Assembly (NCBI RefSeq): GCF_000150275.1
Contig: NW_002060957.1
Span: forward strand, 1,290,445-1,354,444
Direction of reading: 5' to 3'
Length of the DNA stretch: 64,000 bases
DNA from: Trichoplax adhaerens
Lineage: Eukaryota > Animalia > Placozoa
Part shown: one piece after another, positions 42,151 to 56,499 of the stretch
How the letters are laid out: the number at the start of each line of letters is the position of its first letter
Position numbering within the stretch: the first letter of the stretch is position 1
Program-made: the position numbers and the translations under genes
The notes under the pieces: generated by a model
What the model saw: the letters and a program-made list of their open reading frames with translations, nothing else
What the model was told of the DNA's origin: nothing
The model's database searches: none

Positions 42151-44459
42151 TGTAACTTTACAATTATTGAATTGAGAATGTTCTAATTATAAAACTAATA
42201 ATTGATTTTTACAAATTCTCTGATTAATATGACATTCACTGTTACAATTAACATTAGCCATAAAGCATTTGCATCAGTTAGTAAAACAAGATGTATGATA
42301 GTAGTAAATTAACATGAAGTATCGTGATTGGAATAAACAACTTACTGAATCATATAGCTGGCCATATATGGAAACATGAATAAATAAAGGAACACTAAAT
42401 CGGATAAATATTTTTCTTTGACTCATTGTATAGTAGCTAAAATTTTATAGTAATACAGTACGATATAGATTGTTTTTGAAATCATAGTTATATTTCATTG
42501 GTATAAATACTTAGTCGTTGTGCCAAGATTACTTACTTCTCTACTTTTTAACATGCAGAATCACCTCTTGCATAAAAGTTCTTCTAAACTGTCACACATC
42601 ACTAGTGATAAAGTAAGTCTAAACACGCCAAACCTGACGAAGAACGCCTCTCACTGACTTAAAGAGGCGAGATTAGCTTTATCACCAAATAGATCAATTC
42701 CAACGACCAAATGCCATAGTATAATTATAGTGTCACTGATAGTGTAGACGAGGCAGTCAGATAATGACTACTGTTTATTACTCAAGAAATCATGATAACC
42801 AAGATTATAGTCTAGATAGTTCGATAGCAATTGACAAACTAGTTGACTAACTAACTAAAAATTATTATCTGTTTTTTCGCACATCAATACTCTTAATCTG
42901 CCTTGGCTAACGTAGGTCTATCTACGGAATTAGCCAATCTCAATGGACCTACAATACCTCATATATGTACATTGTATGCTTGATGTGTGGCTAAAAAAAG
43001 CCTCAAGTCCGCATAATTATTTTAGAATTTAACACGCGTTTTGATTGCAACTAATATGTGTTTAATCTAGTGAACATCTTTTAGTCTAAAGAAATTTTAA
43101 AATCAATAGTCAGGTTGACTTACCTTATAGCTATATCTTAAGCAGACATTGCTTAAGCTTTTCGTCATCTATAAGGAGTGACAAAATATCCATTTTGTCA
43201 TGATGGAGATTTAGATTGGATATTTCTTTAACAGCTTGCAATGAAAACGGTATTACACGATAACAAGCATATCAATCTTGATTCAAAATTTGCTTCTATT
43301 TCTTGTATCGTAGTATATAACGTATGCGAAATTCTACAACCATCTACCGATTTCAAAAGACTTAACCAGACCTATAATAAAGCTGCTGATTTCTTTGCAC
43401 TGAAACTGTAGTAGAAAGTAGTAAGTTGACATTATAATCATACTGAATTTTTTGTATAACTGTGATAGTAGCAAATTACTATGACCGTTGATGAGCCTGA
43501 AATTTCAACGCGCAGTTTAAAATTTCTAAATATTCTATTTTATTGGTCTTTAGCTTGACTACGTAACAAATATAAAAATAAATAAATCAATTTTCTATCA
43601 ATCATTTTAGAAATGGCAAAATGGAATAAATATCAAGCTTAATCGTTGCTGTCATTTCGGTACGTTTATCATTTTTAGTCAAAAAGTTTTGTATCTACAA
43701 GCTGGGATTACGACTCTAACGCGCCAAAAAACGGAGTCTACTCCACATTTGCTGGGTTAACAGAACAAATAGAAAAAATTTGCATTCCTAGAAATACTTC
43801 TAGTACTATTATGAAATTGAAATCCTACTCAAGCGAAAGCGTAGGTACTTTCTCTGTTTCCAGGACTTACCGCAAGCTACCGTGCTCTTATAGTTTTAAA
43901 TTTCTGCCCATTCTGAAACTAGTTCCTAATTCTAAGCTAGGTGGGATAAAGGTATTTACGCCTGATTATCCTTGCTTTAACTGTCTTGTTCTATAAAATA
44001 GATCATATTTCAAGTCTATATATAATTCAAATATGAAAATCCTATCAAGGATAGAAAAACTGTACAATTTGATAGTGTATTATGATATTGAAATTTCAAT
44101 TATTCATGCAAGCTCTATCTAATGATCATATTACAATCATGACAAGTAAAGCATAAACCTGCTTCGACTGCTTAAGATTACCAAGTCTATCTAGCCGACT
44201 GAAGTAACTCGTGGTTAAAACTAAATTTCTTAATATATATATTATCCAGCAGACGTAATATGACTTAAATTAAAGTAATATAACAATGAACCGTGATTAC
44301 TTTAAATTACGCCCAACGTTGATGCGCAGAATTCTTGCCCTATTTGCAATGGCCATTATAATGATGTAATTTTGAGTGATTGTAGCATCGAATCTCGCCA
44401 TTTTATAAAGTAACGGAAACATAGATACTTTGATGGTATTGACAGATAGTCATGAGTCA

Positions 44460-44840
44460 ACTCAACAAAAGATTTATTTATTTACTTCCATTTTAGTAGC
44501 AGAAAAATCAACATTGTGATTTGACCTGTGCCTAACAAGCCATAGGGAGCAGATGATGTTAATTTACGGGTTGGTTTTAAGATTATCAATGTGTTTCACT
44601 GATTTCGTTGATAGAATTAAAATAGTAGTCGAAATTCTTTGACTTACGTTTTACAGATAATAATTAGCCAAATCAATGAAAGATTTATTCATTCAGATCC
44701 TTTTAGGGAGAAGAAAATTCAGTATCGTGATTTAGCTTTGTGTCTACGAAAACCATGGGGAGAAGAAATGTTGATTTACAGATTGGCTTAACATTATCGG
44801 TGTATTAGGCTGATTTGGCTGATAGTATCAAAGTAGAAAC
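44460..44840. repeat. Two diverged ~210-bp tandem units
   Basis: aaagatttatt..tt..tcc.ttttag..agaaaa.tca..at.gtgattt...ccat.ggg..aga..atgtt.atttac..ttgg recurs at ~44468 and ~44679. Confidence 0.6.
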
Positions 44841-46394
44841 ATCGCTACAGCTAAATAAATAAACAAATACGGATAGCAAATGATCACTCGATGCAGTTAG
44901 TCATACACCTAGATAACTTCTGCCTCGTTTATTGTTACCAAGACATCGAATTTTTGATGTAACGGAGAGATTTTAGTATAGCGTCTACGTGATTCAATGT
45001 AATACGAATCGATGGTATCTCGTGATTGATAAGGTAGAAATGGATGATGTAAATGTTGCCCTTCAAAAACTATTCTTGACGACAAAATGTCATTCTTGAA
45101 AATAAATAAATGAATGATCACTAATTCTGCTTGATGTCTTCTTAGCAAATAGCTGAAGTTATGTTAATCTATCGCTAATACTTAATAACTAGCTCAGATA
45201 TACGCATGCAACATCTTTAGCTAAATCCTGAAACAGGAGAGAAAATTTTAAATTGAAATGGCTTATCACCATATCTTTATATCGGTTGATATTTTTAAGT
45301 GATTATATCTCGAATTTTAAAGCAACTATTCCGTATCTGTGTGTCTAGGTGATATGGAAGAAAATTCATTTCCTCAAAGTTTTACCGCACCAAACTATAA
45401 ACTATTCCTTTGCCTTTAGTATCAGTAACGTCTTTAAACATCTTTTCATGATTTTACTCGTATTTTTTTGCCTTGCTATCAACAGAATAAATATTCATTT
45501 CTGCAAACTACATCAAGCAGAGTGGAATACTATCGTATGATCATACGATTGATCAATTATTAAATAAACATCTACGGTCAATTATGACGTTATAAAGACG
45601 TTATGACGTCGTTATAAACTATAATGTTAATATGGTAGTCACTGGATGGAACTGTATCAGGTTTATAAGTATGTTATGGTGGAATTACTTGTATTAATCA
45701 TCTATTACTCCCATTCTACGTATGTCATACATTACTGCAATAACAAATGTTAACATACCGAAACGAATTCTAGTTATTCTAAAGTAATCATACAATAAAA
45801 GGAAATTTTATTTCTGCCCGGATTAAGAGCCTGAATTAAAATGATTGTTTTCTTCTTGGTAGAGGATTGATCTTAATGAGGCCATACTATCGTCACTGCG
45901 AAAATGACTCAATGCTATCAGTAAGTAACTGGATCAAAACTGTAGTAGATTGCAGATCTACTCTCGTTAAGAAGTTGAAATGAACTTTATCCGGGAAATA
46001 CGCTATCATGACAGGGTGTCCAATCATTTAAACGACCGTCATGAGTCCGAAAAGGATAGCAAAGGTTGATAATTAATTTGCACTGAAAGACACTCTCAAA
46101 TTGTGTCTTATGAATTAATGTAGTTAAGATATATAAAATGAACTTTACACCTTGGATGTTGACGAACGGTAGGTACATATAAGAGCCCGGTGGTCATTGA
46201 CATTAATCGATAGGAATGCTCCCAAACTAAAGACCACCATTAGTAGAATAGAAAAGCTGCGGTCAACAATTGATCCTATAGCTATCACACTATGATTTTA
46301 TTAATATATCATAATCGGATATTGGAACATGGTCATCCGATTTTCTGAGCAGGAAATGTTACCTTTCATGTACGAGTATAGCAGGTTTACATTC

Positions 46395-47010
46395 AACTTT
46401 ACACTAAGTCAGTGGACCCTAATTGTAATCTTCTTCGTAAGATAAAACTATAAACTCTTGGGCTTTTAGTTTTACTGCCATAAATAGCGTGAATTGTAAG
46501 TTCACCCTATATGACAAAGTTAGTAAACCCCAATTTTAATCCTCACCTCCGTAAGATCAAACTATCAACTCAGACTTCAGACTTGCTACGATCATAAGTT
46601 CAGCATTTCATGCTTACCAGTAGTTAGAAGACCATAATTCTAATCCTCGCCTCCGTAAGATAAAACTATAAACTCTTTGACTTCAAACTTGCTACCATGA
46701 TAAGTTCAGCCTTTAGCGCTAAGTCAGAGGACCTTAATTTTAATCTTTGCGTCCGTAAGATAAAACTATAAACACTTCGACTTCAATCTTACTACCATTA
46801 TAACTTCATCACTTAGGGCTAAATTAATGGACCCTAATTTTAATCCTCGCCTCTATACGATAAAACTATAAACTCTTTGATTTCAGTATAAGTGCCATCA
46901 CAACTTCACCCCTAAGCCTTCAGTTAAACCTAATTTTAAGCCTCGCTTTCGTCAGCTAAAATTATAAACCCTTGGACTTTAGCAGTACAGCCGTTACAAG
47001 TTCATCATTC
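46395..47010. repeat. Diverged ~100-bp minisatellite, ~6 units
   Basis: Recurring core accctaattttaatcctcgcctccgtaagataaaactataaactctttgacttca. Confidence 0.85.
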
Positions 47011-47908
47011 AGCAAATAAAATAAATACTACAGTAAGGCTTCAAAAGATAAAAATAATTGCAGACGATAGAATATAAAATTCCTTTTATCCATGGAAGGT
47101 GTTACTAACTAAACAAGCGATTAAAAGGAGTTGTGGCAACAAGAACGCGTGCCACATCACCCTATCCTAATACTATACGTTGCATGGCCAACCCTTTTCT
47201 TCGACACCAAATGATCCCTTCCATTTGAATACAGTACAGTAAATCGAATGATTTAAATTTCTGTGCACAATGTTTCTGTTTACCTTGAGTAATAGAGATA
47301 TGACAATCACGAATAATCAACGACCGTTGCCATATCCAGTTCAAAGATATTACCCTTACTCGCAACCAAGCAGGGAAATGTTGCTGTCATGACTGTATAA
47401 GCTGTTAGATTGAATTGGAGAAGTATAATTATTGATCCAATTCTGCATCCACGTCGTTTAAGGGATAATAGAATACAAAAGAAGAATCTATTTTCTATTC
47501 ATCCATATTAATGGCCTCCTATCTTGACGTGAAGAACCAATCGAATGTTATTGATGTTTTCTCGTCTTGTTTTCATTAACGCAGTTGCTGAGCTCTATGT
47601 TTAATTACGCAACCTCAGATTGGACTTTGATATTGTATTTAAAATATACAGTCGTTAAATTATTGTCTTCAATCAAGTGTGGGAAGTCCAAGTGTACTAT
47701 GTTGGCAAAAAGAATGGATAGATGCAATTTTTAATTGGTAGGTTAGACTTTCATTGTCATTATCGACTTGATAAAAGTTAGTTTAATCGTTGTAAAATAT
47801 CTTTTGAATGATACTCTTCCTTCAGGCTAATTGAAAAAGGGAAAGGGAAGAATCGCGTTGAATGGTAAAGTTAGAGTAGAATTGAAGACTGGCTCACTGT
47901 TGCAAAAA

Positions 47909-50900
47909 ATGGCAATATTACCGGATAACATTAATGTCGATAGTGTACTGGATGAAATTGTACAGTCGATGAAGAATGTACATCTATTGGATAAAACGAA
48001 ACAGTTAGTTTATCAATTAGATAGTAAATCGACCATCGATAAGATAATTGATCCTTTATCTGTGGCCACAAAAATCATTCAAATTGTTCAAAATCATTAT
48101 CAGACGATTGGATTTGAATGGCTATATCCATTACTTCAGTTTGCTCGAGAGAACGTTATTTTTTCAAATTTGAATGACATCATTGGCCAAGAAAATCAAC
48201 AACGAATCCTCTCTACAATTGGCTGTGTTGAAAATTTGAAAGAGAAAATGCTCAAATTAATTAAGGACTGGAATGAGACAGAAAGTTACAAAATGACGGA
48301 TAATCTTCCACCCTATCCAATTTATGCTGAATTAGATATCCTATATCAACTCTTGCATGCTATATTAAATCAAGATCCAACGGGTCTTTTCCAAAAAATA
48401 CATAATGTATACAATAAGTGCTTTGATATTATTGAATCTGTTTTGATTTATGATTGCCAACGATTAATTGCTTTGGTTCAGGAATTAAAAGCTTGGATAA
48501 CTACCGATCTATCTTATGTAAGCCATTATATCTATTTAGATATTATGAATAAAATTATCGGCTGCAGCTATTGCAGTTTTAATCAAAGAGAATTTACCTA
48601 TTCTGGTGGTCAAATTTATTACCTAGATGGCTCTGTTTTTGTCATGGAACCGTATTACTCGATCTGGAATGTTGTTCAGAAGACTACAAGTTGGAAATCA
48701 TCCACTTTCCAATCCAATATTATTCTACAGAAAGGAATAACCGATACCATTAAAATATTTCAATCCATCAAATTACCCATTAAAATTAAAGACCAAATTA
48801 AAGTCGATTTAGCCAACATGATGAGTCAGTTGAGTCATCCCTATCTCGACTATTTAATATGGTATCATCGGCAGCCACTAGCAGAAATAGTTCACGATGA
48901 TTTATTAGCCAAGCTAACACTACTGGAGTTATCCCCTAAATATTCAGGGATGGCAGTTCAATTATCTGAACTCGAATTCATTCCACTTTTAACTCAACTA
49001 CCAACCATCATCAATTTACCTTCATCAAAAGAAACTTTAATACAACGCCATCATTACTTCAATCAAATCTATCACGAGATGGACGTGCAAGGTCATCATT
49101 CAATGGTCTTGTCTGGTCTAGCTGGGGTTGGGAAATCATCATTAGCTCTTCATTATGCTCGATCACATACAATCCATTACAATTGCATACATTGGTTTCA
49201 TGCCGAGACAGAATTATCCTTGCAACATGATTTCATAAAATTAGCCAAGGCAATCCTGAGAAATAAACAACGATTCCATTTAGAAAAAAAACCCCAATTG
49301 GATTCCATTCGCGATTGTCTAGATCAATTTACGGAGAATTCTGAATTGCTACAGTCCGTTGGCGATAATCATATTATTATTGCATCACAATTAAAAACTT
49401 GTGATGAACAACGGATTGATCTGATCAATAAGCTTGTCCAGGCTACCTTGGATTTTATACTTGGCCACTATTGCTTTTTACTGATTTATGATAATGCTGA
49501 CCAAGAAGAAATCGTCCGACGCTATATGCCTCAAAGACAAGGTCACGGTCTTGTACTGCTGACATCTCGGTATGCTAACTGGGGCGATGTGGAAAAGATT
49601 AACATTGATTTATTCCAACGCCAAGAATCCATTGATTATTTGCTACAACGAACCAATTCAGAGGATAAAGAATCTGCTGATTTAGTTGCCAATCGAATTT
49701 GTGATTTACCTTTAGCCTTGTCGCAAGCTGTCGCTTATATTCAACGTACTGGTATTTCACTAAGTGGATATCATGCACGATTAATGGCAGAAGAAAATGA
49801 TATTGCTCAAGATAGTTACTCATCTGCATATTATAAAAAATATCAGCAAGTCGACTCTGGACAAATTAAATTAAGCCAACAACTGACGCCGTTGACAACA
49901 TGGTCCTCTACCTTTTCTCAATTAGTTACTAATAATCCCTCTATTCAATCCATGTTTATGCTAATTGCTTATATTCAAGTAGACCAGTTAACAGATAACT
50001 TATTATTCGAATTTTGCCAACTACAAGATCCCAACACAAAAAGAGAAGATTATAACAATGCCATCTGTGGCTTAAATCATTATCATGTTTTACATGGCTG
50101 CCCAGAGGGTAGTTTACCTAGCTATAAAACGAATAAATTAATCCAAATGGCTATACGCAATCATATCTTAGAAATTGTTTCAACTCAGTTAGGACATTCA
50201 TTAGGCGATTGGATATACGTCCAAGATATAATCTTATGCCGAATTTTAGTCTATTTTGTTGATAAGCTAAGTAATGATGAATGGATCGAATCCGATGACC
50301 AGACTGTTGGCCAAAGTTTAAACTTAATTTATCATGCTGATCAACTTCGGCAACATTTATTAAATAGCGAATTACTATCCCATCAACGCTTGATGTTAGA
50401 AGAAAAAATGACTAAAATGTACACGACAATCACCAATCCATTATCTCAACTGGAGATGAATATTATGGCCAAGATTGAAACTTTTAAAATGGCGCGTAAG
50501 TGCTTCTATTCGTGTTTGTGCATCCACATTTTTCGTTACTTTCAAAAATTTCGGTTGTAAATCATTTTATTTTCGCCTCTATACTCGTTGTTGATTCATG
50601 CCTCATGCATACTACCTTGGTGTTTTATTCCCCCCTCCATACTCATCATTGATTTATGCCCTATACATATTATCTTGACTTACCGGAAACCAACAGCAGA
50701 GTATTTAAATGTTTACTTTTAATACTGATTATTTTCAACATGATCGTAGTCGGGTTTTTTTTATCAGATCTTGCTACCTAGCATTCGTATAAGTAACATT
50801 TTACGAATAGTTTACGGCAGGATAATTAAATCAATTAGCATATTTACATATTGCATATCACAGAATGAGTAACAATTCCCGAGTTTATGTTCATTACAGT

Positions 50901-53900
50901 AGAAAATTTTCGCCATTCAAGTGCAGGTTTGAATAAGCCTTACATGATTAAAATTAATTACTTATCGCAGATTCACAAAATTACTTAAGCTTGCAATAAA
51001 TGTGGCCTACTGTAGAGAGTTCCGTTTAGAATATATTTTTATGGCGAACTAACTATTTAAAGCTAATCAAGCAATAATTATGACCTACTGTGGAGAGTTT
51101 CGGATATGATATACGGTATATATAGTATTATGATGGACTAAACGTTTAAATGTAATTTTGTAATAATGATGACTTTCTTTAGACAATTCTGGTTATAACG
51201 TATGACATATAAATTATTACGGTAGATTAATCATTTAAAGCTAGTTTTGCAATAATTTTGGCTTACTATATCGAGAATTTCGGTTATATGCATAATGTAC
51301 GATATATAGTATTATGGTAAACTTAACATTTAAATCTAATCTTGCAATAATTGTGACTTACAGTACAGTATACTTACAGCAGAGAATTCCCATAAAATAT
51401 TCACTTTCGTTAGACCAGTGATCAGTTGTACTCTAATAATGTAATGATTGGTACTAAAAGAGTTATTGCTAATGTTAAAGGATGAATTGTTAACAATCAT
51501 AACAAAATTATTTTAACCATAGTAAATTATAGAAGTGACGAAGATGAAGGCTACGATACTAAATTTGCTGATGATATTGATGTAGATCGAGGTCTGTAAA
51601 ATTTATTCTTTAAATCTAATTTTTATTTTGTATTTAATCTAATAGCCATGTTCATTTGCTAGTTTTAGAAACAGATTTTGCTTTAAACAAAACTTAGTCT
51701 CACCTATCAGATTATTTCGATTTAATATACTAACATTATCTTTTAAAGTTACCGTAGCCATAAAGTACATTATGATTATTGTGATACTTTATATTCGCCT
51801 AATTGACGGCGTTATTAAACTAAATTCAAAACCTTACATTAGATATTATCTGCAGTAAGCGTATAAAGGATATTATCGTTTTAATTCATTCTTCAGATCG
51901 TGATTCATCCATGGAACAAGCGAATGTATCTTACGAGGACAGCCAAGTTTCCAACCATGTTTTGCGGTCTGTAGGAGGTGTTAGTGGTGTTGAAATTGGC
52001 GAAGAAATAAAATTATCCACAGCTGATGATATCCAAGAAAAAAGTGCCTTAAGTTTAAGCCCAGTTCAGCAAGATAGCGATTACTTTAATGACTCTGATG
52101 TGATTCAAGACAGCCCAGGGATAACTAATGAGAGCAATCCAAATCTTCAATTAGCAGCTCAAGACTTGACACATACTACCAATACAGCGGACAGCTCTAC
52201 AATAAACGAAAGCGATCCAGAAAATTCTGCTTTAAATAAATTACACCTATCTGATGATCCCCTATTAATCTTAGAATCAGTTATAAAAGAAGCTGAAGTA
52301 GTGGAGGAGGAGATTACTATAACAAATGAGCCAAATGTTGAGATAAATGAAACAGAAGCCGTTGGCACAATCCCGGAGAAAAATCATGGCCAGAATCATT
52401 CCTCACCGATAAACACCTCTAGAAGTGATGATATAGCCAACGCAGAAGTAGCTGAAGATGCATTAGTAGGTTTTTATGAAGAAGATATCAGATCAAGTAT
52501 TGAAGCTACGGCAGATATAAGCGAAGCCGCTCAAGACAATAATGCAACAACGAAAATGAATGAGAATGGAGATAATCTTTCCATCGCTAAGACCACTTCC
52601 ACATCCACTACAGACCCTAGGCGAGTTTATAGCCAACCTAATGTTAATAATGTTGCTGCAGCTAAATTCTACTATGATCCTGCACCTAATGTAAAGAGGG
52701 ATCGCAGTGTATCGGATCTCCGGTGTACAATTTTTCCAATAATGAAGCCAGGTAGAGTACTGTTTTAATTTGTAGGTTTTAATGCAGAGAATTTCATTTT
52801 TTATTGCTAATATTTTTACCTTTTCGATTCTTTCTTTATTCTACCGACGCTGATAAAAAACGATGATGACTATAGCTGCAACTGGATACCCACAAAAGTC
52901 GATTACTATTTTAGCTAATAAAACTAATTGCTTCAAGTTAAAAGAAGCTCCAGGTGTCCAACTTACAATAACACCATCTTGCTTTCAGATTGATACCAGT
53001 GCTACTATATCTGTATTTTATGCCGATCCACCTTATAATAAAGGCCTGAATAGCGGATGTATTCAAATGGCTCCTATAGTTCGAATAAAATGCGATGATA
53101 TTACTGGGCAACAGTCAACACGATTCCCTTTTTCATTGCAAATTCCCGTGCCTCTTGCTGAAGAAATTTGCCTATATTTGTCAGTCAAGAAAATTAATGA
53201 ATTACCTGTACAAATTTTGCATCGACGCCATGAGCCTGATAGTGAATGGGAATTACTGGATTCTAAATTTACCTACTTTGTTAATGATCATTCGTGCCCA
53301 TGTATTAGTTTTAATATGCATTACTTTGCTGATGTAACATTTGTCTTGGACGATGTTTTATCTACAATGCAACAAATATCGCAGTATACATTTCCAAGTT
53401 TTCAGCAACACATACGATTATGGAGTTATGTCTCTTTGCCAAGAAAAGGGTCCACTCGGTCTATCATGAAGTTGATTATCGCTAAAACTGGGCTGGGACA
53501 TATTAGTATTTTGGATGCTATTGAAAATAATCCCAATTTCATACCATTAGAGGCAACAGGATTAGATGATTTCGTCGTTCGCAATGGATCTTATCGCCTT
53601 CACTTTGTACCTATATCTTCAGCTTGTGGGCTAATAGAAGATTTTCCAGTTTATACTGCTTTCGATTGGAATAACAGAAATTACTTTGCATTTGACATTA
53701 AATGCCGTCTAAAAGATCCAGCATCTAATAATGGTAACTTGGGAAAATTATGTCTTTCCCAAGTCAGCGAGGAACGTACTGTTCACGAATGTAATCTGAT
53801 CATGGTAAGGTCGACCAGTAGAACTCAACAGATTGCCATTTCTTAAAAATTTTTAAACTTTCATACTAGGAAAAGTACTGGTATAGCTCTAATATATTTC

Positions 53901-54529
53901 AATTTTTTTAGCCTCAAGAGGTTACTACTTCGCTGGAATTAATACAATCTCCACCGCCTGAAGTCGAAGGTTTGTCGTGATCTCGTAGTTAATCGGATAT
54001 ACATATGATATATTAATGGGACGTTTTCTGCAGATGATTATAGATCAAATTTATAAATTAAATTCTTTAATAATTTTTCCTTGCAGAAGTTGCAGGTGAA
54101 GATTTAAAGTCCCATTTGGAATTTATTGCCTCCCAAAATATTGACTTGGACAAGTTAGCAGCTAAATTAGATAATGCGGTTAGGCTTAGTGAAGCCGGTC
54201 GTAAACTTAAGACGAAGAGCGATAAAGTCAGAGTCCTCCTAAAGATTTGGAAAGAGAGTAATGAACCTAAAGCTAACCTAAACCAATTAACTAAGGCTCT
54301 AGGTGCTATGAACAAAGGAGATGTTGTCAAAAGAATCGGTAAGTTATAATTTAATTTTGTAGAGTCAGTATTACCGCCAATTGATTTTATCAATTGATCA
54401 AAACTCTTCAAATTAATCTGTAAGCCAACTTGCCTAAGTCTGTAATTTTTCTTTCCATAAATTATAATAGCTGAAACACAAGCCGATCTATTTGCTCGCC
54501 GTAAGAAAGCTAAAGAAACTATTGTGTAA
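47909..54529 (+). CDS. Predicted STAND NB-ARC NTPase joined to an acidic linker, ZU5/UPA-like region and death domain. Exons 47909-50495, 51523-51591, 51897-52751, 52876-53804, 53912-53969, 54087-54338, 54471-54529
   Basis: Walker A GLAGVGKS, Walker B LLIYDNAD, sensor LLTSR and DLPLAL. ZU5-like GVQLTITPSCF..APIVRI..PFSLQIPVP. Death fold with LLKIWKE..ANLNQLTKALGAMNKGDVV. Splice phases are compatible throughout (1,1,1,0,1,1). The domains are clearer than the single-gene joining. Confidence 0.7.
50985..51395. repeat. Diverged ~75-100-bp tandem repeat (4-5 units) in the first intron of the NB-ARC gene
   Basis: Recurring gcaataatt.tg(a/g)c(c/t)tact.t.gaga..ttc.g.t...atatagtatta.g.t..act.a..atttaaa..cta. 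Confidence 0.7.
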
Positions 54530-55588
54530 GAAATGATTAAGTTACTTCTAAACACAAAATGGAGAACTGAAATAGTCAAGAGTGTAAATTTTATGTTAAA
54601 GAATATTTGATTAGATAATATTAGCTTTATCATAAATAATTATATTACCAGATCTGTATGAATTTAAAGAAAGATGATATTTTCAATTTTGTGATCATAT
54701 GCTTGGCTATAATCTACCTAAATTGATCATGATTGCTTTCGATTAGCATGTTTTAGCTTCGTCAATCATCATGTATAATTTATTTCATTATACAGTACAT
54801 TTCACATTTTAGAATTTAATACTTTAATATTATGCATCAAGGCATTCTTGTAAAGGTAAAATCTATTTTCTGATCCTACACTCAAAATAATTTGTAATTG
54901 ATACTTAATAATCTGCGTACGTCATTGATCTCTTGAAACAGTCTATCAAATATGAAATTTTTAATGAAATACAAGGATTATATTTATAATTTTCTTCTTC
55001 GCATCGCATTTATTTCATTAAAATTGTTCAACGTGTTCATTTTCCCTCAAGTAACGAAATACTGAAATTAAGCAAATAAATTAAATTTTGCTATTAATTG
55101 CTATGATAATTGTAAAAATGTAAGTAGCCAGCAAAGTGTATGTTTTGAATCATTCTTTGTTAGCATCAATAGCTGGATAATGTTGATATTTGGCGTGAGA
55201 TTTTAACCGATGACTTCAATTTTCGGCCTGATTTGGTAATTTATAAAGTGCATGTATGCAATTGTTTCACTGCTGCTACTGCAGCCATATTTTCGCAAAT
55301 TCGTATATTTATAAATTGATAATAATAAACGATATTAAATAATACCGAAGTACTGCTCAGATTTATTTTCCACTAATTGAAAATTCTCATAAGACAGCAA
55401 ATATCTCTTATACGAGCATTTCTTTATTGAAAACATTTATAATTTTCGATATTATAAACGCGATACAAATTATAAAGGATTAGTTAGTAAAATTATGCTA
55501 TCAGCGGTATGTTTTCTAGGCTACACACTTTATAATTGAATTGTAGTCATAATGCAAAAACTACTATATATATCACGTCTAAAGCTCG

Positions 55589-55625
55589 ATCCGGCTATTA
55601 TGTATAATTACATTATAGCCGGGAT
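55589..55625. repeat. Imperfect inverted repeat
   Basis: atccggctattatgta-taat-tacattatagccgggat. Confidence 0.6.
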
Positions 55626-56499
55626 TCAGGCTTTAGCCGAGACATATAGACGTATAATGTTATTAAATTATGAAAATGAACTCAAATATTTATCTTGAAG
55701 CCTAACCCTTAGTTACTAAAGGTTGCTAAAGTAAGAATTTTAGCAGCAATTTAGGATGCGCTGTTTTTTCTAGCAACAAAATTATAGATATTATTCATTG
55801 AATAGAAATATCAGGGGCGAAACCATCAGTAATTATAATCCAATTATCCTTATCAAGCCTAGAAAGCATACAATATACTATACAGTAGAAGTAACGCGCA
55901 TGAATTCAATGTGTAATAAAGTTCCGTCTGTGGTAATAGGCAATTACAATCTTTACTTGCGATTAGTTATTACATACTAAGCTAATTTTTTTGGATATAA
56001 ATTAATTATTAGTAACTGCAATACACATTTTTAATTAATATTTAAATAGACCTCGAACGTATTAGAAGTGATCTAGAAATTTTTTAATAATACTATTTAT
56101 AATCTAGTAAAAGAAACTTGTTTTAGAAATAGTAGTATCGATATTTATAATTTTATTATTAACATACCACCGCTGCGAATGTATGCTTTACAACTTGATT
56201 CAAACCAAGTCGTTAGGTTAATATGTTCTTGACTAAAGTTCATGACATTTTAAATACTATTCATTTATACCTTGTTTAATAAAGAACGCTTATCATGATG
56301 CTAATTCTGTTATGCAATCACATCGAACGCTACTATAAATATAATTAGACAAGTAACGTTTTAACTGACATAGTATCAGGTTAATCTTTCTGAAAGCTCA
56401 TCTTGAATATGAAACTGCCTAAATGTTATCGATAGCCATAGTCGGTAGATACAATACCACTATAAGTTCGGATCTATATAATTTAACTATGGACTATAT

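Noticed and set aside
47831-50560. NB-ARC ORF as bacterial or endosymbiont contamination, or as a stand-alone 909-aa gene
   Set aside because: It ends at a strong gc|gtaagt donor with in-phase downstream exons and is contiguous with intron-rich animal genes. The listed start is TTG; the first ATG is at 47909.
54067-54633. 188-aa minus-strand ORF
   Set aside because: Antisense to the death-domain exons.
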